A DNA stretch of 64,000 nt from Heteronotia binoei. Lineage: Eukaryota. Shown piece by piece: positions 36,430-49,085 of the stretch. How positions within the stretch are numbered: position 1 is the first letter of the stretch; every line of letters begins with the position of its first letter. The notes beneath the pieces are model-generated. The model had not been told where the DNA came from. It searched no databases and saw only the letters and a program-made list of their open reading frames with translations. A program made the translations under genes and the position numbers. The stretch spans positions 10,354,001-10,418,000 of the forward strand of contig NC_083237.1 of assembly GCF_032191835.1 (NCBI RefSeq). The letters run 5' to 3'.

Positions 36430-39379
36430 TACCTTCTGCCCTTCCTTGACGCCTTGAAAAAAGGTAGAGAACAAAATCATTTTGTTCAAATGAAGACAAA
36501 GATGGTGTATTTTTATTTTACATTGCAAATATAAATATCCCTTTTCCTTTATGAATGAATTACCGGCCAGGAGACATCAACAGCTGTACCCTTATGCCGA
36601 TCTGCTACACTCCGAAACCCATCTAGTATGAAGAAAGGTTGTACGAGAACAAATCCCAACAACACATGTATTGAAAATGCAAATTAAAGAATCCCATTCT
36701 GTTTTACATTGCAGCAAATATTATAGGGTGAGAATCAGCTCGAATTAGATACAAAAGAATCAGAAGTCGACATAGAAACATTTTCTGGCAATACTGATGA
36801 AGGTACAAACCTAATAAAATTGGGAACAGAGACTAAAACCCTGATATCCCGCATATTATTTTCCGTAGTAAACGTTAGCCAAAGGTGAAAGGAAAAATAA
36901 TAAAGAAAGTGAGGAAGAAAAAAAACAATTAGAAAAATATCTTCAAGATACATATAAAAAAATCTTCCCTCACTTAAAAATCCTTTGTAGATAGATCCAA
37001 GTGGGCAGCGCCGGTGTTGGTCTGAAGTAGGAGTCAAGTTTCACCTTCAAGACCAACAAAGTGTTATTCAGAACGTAAGCTTTTGAATGCATGCATACTT
37101 CCTCAGACAGGACTATACCTTCTCCCCTCCTCTGAAGAAGTACGCATGCATACAAAAACTTACGTTAGAGATCATTGTTGTTAAATGGAAGACATTCTTC
37201 TTTGTGTGTGTGTTTAAAATACACCAAGGATTTCACCGGAAGGACCTTCCACAATGTCCCTGATTTCCCCCATGGCATTTTTTTTAAAATCACAATTGAA
37301 GGATACAGAGATTTATTATCTTTCAAAACTTTTCAAAGATTTGTCTCATGACAATTAGGAAAACTAATTAAGGTTGCCAACGATTCATTGTGTGTCTTAT
37401 TTTTTAACGTCAAAAATATTGACTAATAATATAGCAGAAATTGTTTTCTTTTCTTTTTTAATATAAATTTCATTTCAGGGCTCTAATTGACTCTGACATA
37501 TCATCGAGCCAACATCTGCCAGGGCTTTTTTTGTATCAGGAATTCCTTTGCATATTAGGCCACACCCCTCTTAAGTAGCCAATCCTTCAAGAGTTTACAG
37601 GGCTCTTATTACAGGGCCTACTGTAAGCACGTGGAGGATTGGCTACATCAGAGGTGTGTGGCCTAATATGCAAAAGAGTCCCTGCTACAAAAAAAAAAAG
37701 TCCTGACCTCTGTCATTGCAAACAAAGCATGAGATGCTACTGGCTGATTGGGCACACGCCTTAGCCCAAGGGCCAATGAAAAATTCCTTGTTATTAGCTA
37801 GCTGTACATTCTCATCACAGGCGTTTACTTATTGCTTATACTTCACCTACTTGGTTATCAACCTCCAGGTGCTGATGGGCATCCTCCCACTTTTGCTACC
37901 ACTCTGCTGCTGTGTTCCTCCAGGTCAGAGTCATGTGTGTAATGATTTCACTTTTGGCAAAAGCCGCCGTGTGATGGTCTATGGTTTTTACCATAGAGAT
38001 TTAGGGAATTCCTAGAGTGTCATGGGTGGCTGAGATGTCACTTCTGGGTTTTCAGCAGAAGTGAAGTTGTGAGCATCCCTCACCAGTTTTTCAAGGGTTT
38101 CACCTTCTGAAAGCTCCAACTATCTGGAGCAGATGAACGGTAAACTTACCAGCTACCCTTTAGGACCAGTAAGAGATTAGATCATCATTGGTGGGGGGAC
38201 TGGGATCTCCACAAATTCATAAAGTATCATTTTCCCCCCTTTTATTCTGTGCTGAATTTTTGGATAGTGGTGTTAGAATTGGGCCTTGCCTTTTTACGGG
38301 TTCGGCTATAACTAGGGTGTGGCAAGACCTGGGCAAGTTGCTAGAACATAGGGATAATAGTCAAACACCCATAGGCATCCAAGGAAAGAGAGGCATTCCA
38401 GAAATAGCACATCATTAATTGGAGCCATAGGGTTGCCAACCTCCAGGTGAGGCCTGGAGCCCTTCTGGAATGACAGCAGCACTCCAGATGACAGATCAGT
38501 TCCCCTGGAGAAAATGACTGGGCAAGAAGGTGCACTGGATGACATTATACCTTGCTTAGGTCCCCATACCCCACCCTCTACAGGCTTCACCCTTGAAGCT
38601 GAGCAGCAGTAACCAAATCCTCAGCTACATCTGTGGGATATACATGACATGCAGGTGAGGATGTTCATGGCCATTGGTAGTGCTCACTATTCTGGAGCCA
38701 GGCGTAGATCAAGCATTTGATTAAATTTAAACCATCAACAGGGTGAGGCAGCCACCAGGTCTCAGAGTTTCTGGCAGGGTCCACTTCTGCAGATCCCCCC
38801 TCCAACCACTTGCTTCCAGGGAAGGAATGGTGGCACTTCTGGCAGGCGGTGGTTCTATCTGCACAACATCATCCAGGGCCAACAGTGAAAGACATATTGT
38901 TAGTGGGAAGGCTCACAAATAGTTGGTGGAAGGAAAGCACACACAGGCAAGTAGGGATGTGAGTGGATTGGAAGAAAGGCATGAATAGTTTCTTGTGGTA
39001 CTTAGATGGGGAGGGGAGCAAGCATTCTGTCTCCAGGGTCCCACAAAACCTCAAACCTCCCCACATCCTCATGAACGTTTGTTTTGCACATTCTGTGCAA
39101 CAAAATAAGCATCGGGCACGGGTGGCCAATGGTAGCTCTCCAGATGTTTTTTGCCTACAACTCCCATCAGCCCCAACCATCAGTCATGCTGGCTGGGGCT
39201 GATGGGAGTTGTAGGCAAAAACATCTGGAGTGCTACTGTTGGCCACCCCTGGCATAGGGGATTTCCTAGTCTCCTCGGGTGGGCCATTGTGCAATGTGAA
39301 AGCCACAACAGAAAATGGACATTTCTAGGACAAGAGCTCATGTTTGCTTTCTCCAGCAGATGTTCCTCCTTCCCTGGAG

Positions 39380-39418
39380 GGTTTATGTAGGCCCTTGCAT
39401 GTTGTTTTTCACACTGTG
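39380..39418 (-). other. 23-RSS of VH6
   Basis: CACAGTG, 23 bp, ACATAAACC. Confidence 0.92.
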
Positions 39419-39893
39419 TGTCTTGCACAGTAATAAACTGCTGTGTCTTCAACTTTTAGGTTAGCCAGCTGCAGATATGTGGTGCTGATAGAGGTGTCCA
39501 CGGTGATGGTGACTCGACCTTCCAGAACCTTAGCGTAGCTTGTTGTGATGGTATTGGTCGTAATGTAACCAATCCACTCCAGTCCTTTCCCAGATGCCTG
39601 TCTAATCCAGAACATAGCATAGCTGGTAAATGTATACCCAGATCCCTTACAAGTGAGTCTCACTGATTCTCCAGGTCTTTTTAGTTCAGGACCAGACTGG
39701 TCAAACCTGACTTGAGATTGGACACCTGGAAATAAACAAAAAGAAGGAGCAGGTGAGGATTTGTTAGGACACCCATTTCATTTCAGCCTACAGTGCCAGA
39801 TGTTCATCCCTACTGTCCCCGGCTTTTTAATTGAAAATCCATTTTACCTGCTAATACAGCTGCCCAGAGGAAAAGGCATGACCAAAAAGACAT
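39419..39893 (-). CDS. IGHV: IGHV gene VH6, intact, clan I-like
   Basis: Leader [15 protein letters not shown] (39848-39893). V exon 39419-39725: [53 protein letters not shown]. Confidence 0.95.
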
Positions 39894-39982
39894 GGCTTCA
39901 TTGAATGAGAAGAAAGGATAATGATACCCCACTGAAGGAAATCTGCTTTAAAAATCTTTAGAAGGGCCAACACACATCCTGG

Positions 39983-39990
39983 ATTTGCAT
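39983..39990 (-). promoter_or_regulatory. Ig octamer, VH6 promoter
   Basis: Exact match 90 bp upstream of the ATG. Confidence 0.85.
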
Positions 39991-40784
39991 ATGAGTAATA
40001 CAGCGGCTTTTAAAGCAACATTGAAAGGGCCGCCGTTCATTTTGAAAGGCCATATGGATGTCTTTTTTAGAGTTCATAGAAATGATTAGACCCCATTTCA
40101 AAATGTGAGACTATTTTGCAGAGACGGTGTTTTATTGAGATTGAATTTAATTGAACTGGATAGGATTTCTAGCCTGCCCTTCCCTGCAAAGCAGGGCTCA
40201 GGGTGAGTTACAAGAGTAAATGAATACAATAAATTAGAACGATTTAAACTATTTAGACAGGCAATACAATATTTAAAAACCTACACAGCATCAAATAGTA
40301 CCTAAGATACAAGGTATGAGGTTAAAAAGGTGTCGTGTCCAAAGAGATTTTTGGTTCCTGCAGCCTTTAGCAGCAGGATGTCTGAAGTCTGCTCTTATTT
40401 GCAGAACAAAATGATACGTTTATTAGTATCACAAAGATGAGGATAGAGTAAGACTGAGCTGCCATAGGTTTGAATGGAGAGCCAGTTTGGTGTAGTGGTG
40501 AAGTGTGTGGACTCTTATCTGGGAGAACTGGGTTTGATTCCCCCACTCTTCCACTTGCACCTGCTAGCATGGCCTTGGGTCAGCCATAGCTCTGGCAGAG
40601 ATTGTCCTTAAAAGGGCAGTTGCTGTGAGAACCTTCTCAGCCCCACCCACCTCACAGGGTATCTGTTGTGGGGGAGAAAGGTAAAGGAGATTGTGAGCCA
40701 CTCTGAGACTCTTCGGAGTGGAGGGCGGGATATAAATCCAATGTCTTCTTGAAAGGGAAACCACTTATGAACCACTCTGAAATT

Positions 40785-42030
40785 ATTTATTCATTTAGAT
40801 TTCTATCCCACACTCTCCGCAAGTGAACTCAAGGCAGCTAACGGTCAGTTCAAACATCTATAATTACAGTTTAAAACCAATAAAATACAATTACAATTAA
40901 AACATTCCATGGTGCTGTACAACTTCAATATAGGCGGGATCCTATAATAATCATAGCTCTTCAGTAGTGTAGGGTGGCAGTCCTCTCCCGGTTTAGATGT
41001 TGAAGGCCTGTTGAAATAATTCAATTTTACAGGCCCTGTGGAATTTAGAAAGCTCTCTCAGGATCCTTATGGCTTCCGGGAGGGCATTCCACATTTCTGG
41101 TGCTGCCACTGAGAAGGCCCTAGCCCGTGTGGAGAACAACCTGGCCTCCTTTGGTCCAGAGATGGACAGTAGGTTTTGTGTCCCTGAATGCAGTGCTCTC
41201 TGGGGAACATGCGGAGAAAGGCAGTCCTGTAGATAGGGAGGCCCCTGACCATAAAAGGCTTTAAAAATCAATACCAACACCTTGAAATGTACTTGGAACA
41301 CAATGGGCGATTTCCCACACAGCTTACCGAGGAGCAAAGTCCCTCCTCACCGTGCAGCATCTGCTCGGATTACCCACTAACTGCTCCGCAGATTCAGGAA
41401 GTGCCGGACCTTTGGCGTTGCTAACGTAAACTAGGGTTTTAGCGATTTCCATTTGAGATGCAAAAGGTCCGGCACTTCCTGATTCCACGGAGCAGTAGGT
41501 GGGAAATCCGAGCAGATGCTGCGCGGTGAGGAGGGACTTCGCTCCTTGGTAAGCTGTGTGGGAAATCGCCCAAAAGGTAGACAGTGCAGCTCTTTCAGCA
41601 CTGGCTGAATGTGCTCCCAGTGAGGGAGCCCCATTAACAGCTGTGCTGCAGCGTTCTGCACTAGCTGTAGTTTCCGAATCAGGGTCAAGGGTAGCCCCAT
41701 GCAGAGAGCATTACGGTGATCTATTCTCTAGGTGACCGTAGTTTGGATCACCATTGCTAAGTTGTCATGCTCCAGGAAAGGGACCAACTGCCGTATGCAC
41801 CGAAGATTTAAAAGGGTGGATTTGGTAATGGCTGCTACCTGGGCCTCCATTGTCAGAGAGGACTCCAGGAGCACTCCCAAGCTCTTGACCTTAGGGGCCG
41901 GTATTAGTGGCACTCCATCAAGAGCCGGTAAAGGAATCTCCCTTCCTGGGTCACCGCGGCTCAGATAGAGAACCTCCATCTTTGTCGGATTCAGCTTTAA
42001 CAGGCTCAGCCTGAGCCAAGATGCTATGGC
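40785..42030 (-). mobile_element. L2 LINE 3' portion
   Basis: VKSLGVLLESSLTMEAQV, KLQLVQNAAAQLL, LHCLP/IVFQVHFKVL and RAFSVAAPEMWNALP. A smaller L2 piece lies at 46572-46800 (+). Confidence 0.85.
41305..41571. mobile_element. Foldback MITE, PIF/Harbinger-like, inserted in L2
   Basis: About 110-bp inverted arms starting GGGCGATTTCCCACAC; 3-bp flanks AAT/AAA; splits the L2 reading LHCLP|IVFQ. Confidence 0.8.
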
Positions 42031-42671
42031 TTGAAGAGGTTTCTGTTGTTGTTGTTGTTTTTAAATAATATAAACGTTTCAATGAATTGCAACCGACTAA
42101 CTTATTCTGGCTTCACTCTATGATACTGTAATCTCTTAGTTTCTTGTGAATTTTGCTGACCTGAAACCAAAAGCTCACTGGGAGCTGTCCCAGTGAGACC
42201 TCGCAGGATCATTGTGGGGGGGAGGGGGACAACAGCAGTACTAAAATCCCATATCAGTTGGAACTGGAGGGGAGAGGCTGTGGCTCAGTAATAGAACATA
42301 TACTTGGCATGCAAAAAGTCCCAAATTCAGCCCCTGGACTCTTCACTGGAGGAGGAGGAGGAGAAGAAGAAGATAATGATGATGATGATATTGGATTTAT
42401 ACCATGCCCTCCACTCCAAAACTTAGAGTCTCAGAGTAGTTTACAATCTCCTTTTCCTTCCTCCCCTACAACAGACACCCTGTGAGATAGGTGGGACTGA
42501 GAGAGCTCTCCCAGAGACTACCCTTTCAAGGACACCTTTACAAGCATTATGGACTGATCCAAGGCCATTCCAGCAGCTGCAAACGGAGGAGTGGGAAATG
42601 AAAGGAGCGGGGATTTTCCAAAAGAAGAGTCTGTGCAATGAACCATTATACCAAACTGGAACAGGTAGTAA

Positions 42672-42969
42672 AAAGGTAAAGGTAGCCCCCCGTGCAAGCA
42701 CCAGTCGTTTCCGACTCTGGGGTGACGTTGCTTTCACAACATTTTCACGGCAAACTTTGTATGGGTGGTTTGCCATTGCCTTCCCTAGTCATCTACACTT
42801 TCCCCCCAGCAAACTGGGGACTCATTTTACCAACCTCAGAAGGATAGAAGGCTGAGTCAACCTAGAGCCAGCTACCTGAACCCAGCTTCCGCTGGGGATC
42901 GAACTCAGGTCATGAGAAGAACTTAGGACTGCAATACAGCAGCTTTACCACTCTGCACCATGGGGCTCC
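42672..42969 (-). mobile_element. Sauria SINE
   Basis: tRNA-like head and (ACCTTT)n tail characteristic of Sauria SINE. Confidence 0.85.
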
Positions 42970-45043
42970 AGGAACAGGCAGTAGGTGATGTGAAAGATCT
43001 TGCCTGAGTTTACTGCCCCAAAGGTCTGATTCGGTATAAAGCCGCTTTGTGTGTTTATGCATATCATGTGTTTCCAGACTCTCTCAGCTACTCCCTCACT
43101 TCCAAGGAATGAATGAGAAGTCATTTGGGCTGCCTAGGACCTTAGGCTGTTTCTTCTCAGGTCATTGCAGGCTACACAAAGAGAGCAGCATAAGCACTAC
43201 AGAGTTGAACAGAATCTTTAACATGGCCACAGCATTGTTCTTTACCATTCCATCACAAAGAGTGAGTCAAAAGCCATGTTCCTTCTGAAGCTATTGTTGC
43301 AAATACGAAACATCCTCCTCTCCAATTGAGGGGCTTTCCAAACAACAGAGGCGCAGAAGAGTTGATTGGCAGATTCCTTTTATTGTTTTTCTCACATTGA
43401 ATGTGGGAAGGAGAAATAAACCCTTAACTCCTTTCTCCGTTCTCCTTCAAAATTCTTCCCCATAGTCACAACATCTGATACCTTCCTGTAAACAAAGACC
43501 AACTCACAGATTGGCTACACTGGTCTTCGCCTTTGACATTCTAATTACATTCATTGGTCCAATAAGTCTCATATCCCAACTTAGAAGTGAGAGATGAATA
43601 GATATTACCTGGGGGCGCTAATCTGGGACCCCCATGCCCCACTTCCCATACTTCATATCTGCGGTTTCGCCCCCTTCCCTGTTCGACTCCAGTGTAGGCC
43701 TCCTGGCCCAATTCCGGGATGAGTAAGCACAGGGCTCCTGCTGTAGCAGGGAGATTTGACCTTCTCCAAGAGATAGGCTCCCGGTGACTCCTGGAGGTAG
43801 AAAGATAGCTTACTTTCCACCAAGATGTTTACAGAACAAAATGAAGATAATGAGTCTCTGCTAATGGGGAGACTTCCACTCGTATCTAACAGTAGCCCAT
43901 TGTTCTTGGTTAGGACTGTGGAACCAAAATCATAGAAAAGGCCTTATAATACTTTTAAGGTGAGCTCAGCAAATATAACACTACAAACATGATACTTTGA
44001 ACAAATATATAATACTTTGTTAAGGCAGGTTAGTGCAAATGATCAAGATTAGTGCAATTCTATTTGGCACTCTGCCCATGCTCTAATGCAAATCTGAATC
44101 TGCGTCCAACACTATCAATGGAACCATGGCAATCACAATATTAGGAAGTAGTTGGAGGTAGATACATGCATAAAATACCCAGGGAGGTATTTTTGTTGTT
44201 GTTGCCGTTTGTATTTTTTTTTATTTTCCCCTTCCCAAGATGAGCTTAGGGCAGGTAACATCAGGTTACATAAACATTAAAAACCAGTTAATATATAATC
44301 GTTTAAACAGGGGGAAAACAGTTAAGCAATTAAAAATGGCAGCAAGGGTAAAATAAATTTGGAACGGATTGAAGAAATTTAAGATCCCTCCCATAAACTG
44401 GACAGATGGTAGTAGGAGTAGAGAGCACTCATATCACATCACAAGTTTCATATCGGGCAGATGATATTTTAATGTTTTAATAATGTTTTATTGTTATAAT
44501 GTGAATCTGTCATCAAATTGTGACTGTTGTTAGTTGCCCTGAGCCCATTTGGGGAGGGTGGGATACAAGTGCAATAAAATAAATAAATAAATAAATGGTC
44601 AAAACAACTTCTATGCAACTCTCTTGTCCTTTTTCAGGTATAAATGAGGACTGTGGAACATAATGCCGCTGTACTTGTCAGGAAGTTGGGAACGTCTGGA
44701 TTGCCAGTACATGGCATAAATCCTAGGAAGGTGGCCCTCTTCCTGGTCTACAAACCATTCATTCTTGTCTGCTGAACTTCAGGCCTTCCCTGTGAGTCTC
44801 CTGCCAGTAGCTCTTGCAACTAACCACAGGGTTTCCCTGAGTTAGAGAGCACACTCAGCAGACTGGAAGAGGTGGACTCAGTTGACTGCTCAATGTTCTT
44901 ATTATGTCGGAATAGTTTTTGACGATATCCTTTTTTGGGAAAATGTGGACCTAGCAGTCCTTTGTGAGGAATGTTTTTGACCATGCCTCTGCCCACCCCC
45001 CACCCCCTTCCCAGCAACAAATGTACAGACACAGATGCATAGA

Positions 45044-45071
45044 TGTTTGTGTCTAGCTTTATCTCATTGTG
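45044..45071 (-). other. Putative 12-RSS of VH7
   Basis: CACAATG, 12 bp (AGATAAAGCTAG), ACACAAACA. The 23-spacer position reads TATGCATCT, which is not a nonamer. Confidence 0.6.
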
Positions 45072-46200
45072 GATGGCACAGTAATACACGCCACTGTCGG
45101 CAGCTCCCAGGCTCTTCATCTCTAAGTAAGCTGTGTTAATCGAGTTATTCCTGGAAATAGCAAATCTTCCATGCCAAATTGGACGTATGGTTTTTACTGT
45201 ACCATCTGGGTTCACCTCTCCAACCCACTGAAGTCCCTGGTCACTGATTTTTTGAACCCATTCTATCCAGTACTGAGCAAAAGACGAGGAGGAAGATTTG
45301 CAAGAAAGAATCACTGTCTCCCCTGGTTGTCTAACTTCTGAAGAAGGTTGGATGACAGTCATCTCGGATTTAGCAGCTGGAAAGATAACAGAAAAAAAAA
45401 GTTCTTAATTTTAACCATTTTTCCACCACATTCAATCCTTGTATCCATGCAAAATGGTTAACCCTTCATTCCATCTGTACAGCTATCGTGTAAAGTAGTT
45501 CAGAATTCTCACCACTTTGTAAGGGTTGGAAAAAGCTAGGAGATCACAGTGTCCAATCTGTCACTCTGCATTAGTCTCTTCTATAGTCGTAATACAGATA
45601 TCACAGGTTTGGTCTGAACACTTTTTGCCACTGGACTTTTCATATTCTGGCAGCTATCATATAACTGGGTCATACAGATTCCAAAATAAATGCAAGGAAT
45701 GGTTAGGAGGGAGGAAGGAAGGAAGCTAATGAGGAAGGGAAGCAAGCTGCAGGATGGCTTGGTAATGGGAGATGAGGTAGCTATGGAAAAATAGATTGTT
45801 TAATCTGAGTTGCATTGTCCATTCTAAATCTCAGATTCAGCTCATCTGGCCAAGGGGAATTGCCATCTAGGAAGCATTTAAAGTGATCACCACCATGGGC
45901 AACTGTCCTGGCATCCTTTGGTCCAGTGGATCACATCTCTGTTTACAGCTGCTTGGACTAGAGACACCCATTGGGAAATGTATCAAAACATTGTCAAATC
46001 CTCTGTGATCCACACCATTCATCCAGTTTAGGAATACAGAAAGTCAGTTGAGAGCATCTTCAATGAATGGCTAAAAAGTTTCCCATCTCTTTTTTTTCTC
46101 TCCAAAGAGAAACACATCACACTGTTTTCACCATTCCTCACTTAGTATACTCACCAAAGAAGATGCCCATCAATATACATAGTACTGTGAAAGCCTGCAT
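45072..46200 (-). CDS. IGHV: Divergent VH-type V gene VH7; intact frame, long leader intron, atypical RSS
   Basis: Leader MQAFTVLCILMGIFF (46155-46200, GTGAGT donor), 778-bp intron, V exon 45072-45376: EMTVIQPSSEVRQPGETVILSC..WIEWVQK..GLQWVG..GRFAISRNNSINTAYL..DSGVYYCA. Confidence 0.88.
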
Positions 46201-46325
46201 GATGTACATGTGTGCATAAACCCACAATGACAATTCCTTATTGGAAGAAAGGAAAATCACACAGGGAGTCTTCAAGAGAGATCTACTGGGTAGTATTTCT
46301 TATATGAGCTTTTAAGGGAAGTGTC

Positions 46326-46333
46326 ATTTGCAT
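46326..46333 (-). promoter_or_regulatory. Ig octamer, VH7 promoter
   Basis: Exact match 126 bp upstream of the ATG; TATA-like ATATAAG near 46299-46305. Confidence 0.85.
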
Positions 46334-49085
46334 TGGGGTAGCTATAACAAGAATCAGTTACCTCCTAGTCATGTTGCTGGCAGAGAGTTCGAGACTCTGA
46401 TGTAACAGGAATGGGATGAGTCCCTCTCTTTTAGAACCAGTCCCATCAACAGTTGTTCGACAAATGGACCAACCACCTATCCTGTCTGAAGACATTTTGC
46501 CAACTTTCTGTACTAAAGAACCTCAATAAAGCTTGTTCTCATCATTTTGAGAACTTTGTACCCGTGTATCTTCAGGACTGCTTCCTCTGGTATGTTCCCT
46601 GAAGAGCATTATACTCTGCTGAGAACAATCTGCTTGTGATCCCTGGCCCTAAAGACATCCAGCTGTCCTCAACTAGAACCAGGGCTTTCTCATCCCTGGC
46701 TCCAACTTGATGGAACTCTCTGCCATGTAACCTCAGGGCCCAGGAGGACATTAAACAATTCCACTGGACCTGCAAGTCAGAGAAGTTCTGCCTGGCTTTT
46801 AGTTGAGGACAGTGATGGGTAATATCATACCTGGCCCCCTCCCCTCTCTGTCCTTCTCTCTCTGCTTCCTTCTTATCAAGTTCATGAGGTGGCATCACAG
46901 TCTGGAACTGGTTAAAGACTGATTCATTAAAGACATGTGGGGGTTGTTTTTAAGAATGCAATAATGCATTTATAAAGGTTTATTAATGTCTATGACATAG
47001 TCTATTTCATTGTTGTTTATTGCCCAGAGGCCTGTGCACTCAAGGATTGGGCAATTCTTAAATCCAAATTATAAATCAATAAATAAAACAAATAAACTGT
47101 ATCAACAGGACACAGAGAAGGTATTTTTGTCCCACTGGTTGGGACAATGCCAAGTGTATAATGCCCTTGTCATTCTGAAAGGATAGTTCTGCACTGTCCC
47201 AACCCTAAAAGTTACAGAAGTGGTATCTAACATTCCTAGGCTTATGTCTAGCTCTTGAGTTGCACGATGGCTTCCACTATGAGAATCTACAGAATGCAGA
47301 TGACTCACCAATCAAAGACAGCTAAGATTGTTGAGAGAAGATGAGCCTTTTTGTCTTCTTTAGGCACACTGGCTCATTTTTGTTCTGTACATGAACCCCC
47401 AAGCTATTTCACACCCACACCTGTGTAGACCAGTCAAAGCAACACAACACAATGCCTTCAGCATGGCTTTCTCATGTTCCTTGGGCTCTCCCTCCCTCTA
47501 GTGGTCACTGGAAATATAATAGAGGTAGTGCGTCCTTGATCATTTGGGCACTTGCTTTTCCTAAAGAAGACGGGAAGGCAGCATGTTATACCCTCAGAAG
47601 CTAGACAGGGTCACATCTCAGAAGATAGACAGGGTCAACATTTGGATGCGAGACTACAAAGAAAGATTCTGCAGAAGAAGTCGTTGACAAACCATCTCTA
47701 CTTCTCATTTGCCTTGAAAGGCCCTTGCTGGGGTCACCATAAATCAGCTGCATACAATTCCTAAGGGAAGAGAAGGTGTTGCCTTCTTTACACAGACAGT
47801 GATCAAAGTGTGAAATTCGCGGCCAGAGGATATAGCGATAGGCATAGGAATAAACAGCTTTAAAAGGAGACTTGTTAGATTCACGGAGGATAAGTCCATC
47901 AGTAGATACTAGACATGATGACTAAAGAGAACCTGCACATTCAGAGGAGTCAACCTCTCAATTTCAGTGCCAAGAGGCAACATCAAGGGGAGGCTTTGGC
48001 CTCTCTGTCCTGTCGCTGGACCTCTGGGAGAACTGGCTGGCCACTGTCTGAGACAGGATGCTGGACAAGATGGACCACTGGTTTGATCCAGCAGGGCTCT
48101 TCTGATGTTCTTATGCCTTGTTCTTCATTGTCTTGGTTGTCTTGGTGTCTTGGTTGGCTTCTTCATGTGTATTAATCTCAACCTAAAACCTTTAAATATC
48201 AATTCAGGTATGCTGCCATGTTGGTCTGAAGCAGGGGTGGAATTCTAGCAGGAGCTTCTTTGCATATTAGGCCACGCACCCCTGATGTAGCCAATCCTCC
48301 AAGAGCTTCCAGGGCTTTTAGTACAGGGCCTACTGTAAGCTCTTGAATGATTCCAAGAAGATTTGCTGAGCTGGGGACTATAATACAGGAAATATCATCA
48401 TTGAAATAGCGTGAGACTTCACAACCACTGAAAACGAGACTTCGTGTCAAGAAAGGAAGGAAGGTAAAGGAAGGCGCCATTAGGAGAAGGGAAGAATAAC
48501 AAGTTCTCCAGTCCTCTCTAGGACTTAAAATCATAGAGAAGTACCAGCTGCCTTTATAAGAAGGTCAAAACTTTAAAAGTTAATAGAAAGAAATGCTTCC
48601 TTCTGTATAACAGTTTGTTTTGCAAGGCTTGCTCGATCACACAGGAGCTACAAATCAAAACCTCTGTTTTCTCCATTGGCTGAGCCTCCTCCCTTGGGGA
48701 GGAAGAGGGGGAGCCAGAGCTTGTTTTTCCAGGCTCTCCCAATCACACAGCAGAGCTACTGAGCCAAGCCTCTTTTCCTTCTATTGACTGCGGAAAGAGT
48801 CAGAGCTTCCTTTGCCCAGTTCCCTGGATCCCATGGGAGAAATACAAAGAAAGCAACTTTAAGACCAATGAGTGCTAACATTTTAAGCATATTTTAAGTT
48901 ATTTTTTTTAAAAAAAAATGTGTTTGTCTGTGCCCTTTATAAAGTTTATATCTCTGCTCTCTAATCTTAAATAGGTATACACATGGCCTGGCCTAACACG
49001 GTCCAGCCCAACCTGACATGGTCCGGCCCAACAAGGTCTCATTTATATCAAATCTGGCCCTCACAATAAATGAGTTTGACACCCC

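Noticed and set aside
46401-46574. TG...CA segment with AATAAA upstream of VH7, like a solo LTR
   Set aside because: No target-site duplication found, and the right end merges with an L2 fragment.
47100-47400. Hydrophobic stretch with a GTGAGT donor, suggesting another V leader
   Set aside because: No in-frame ATG, wrong phase, and no V motifs downstream.
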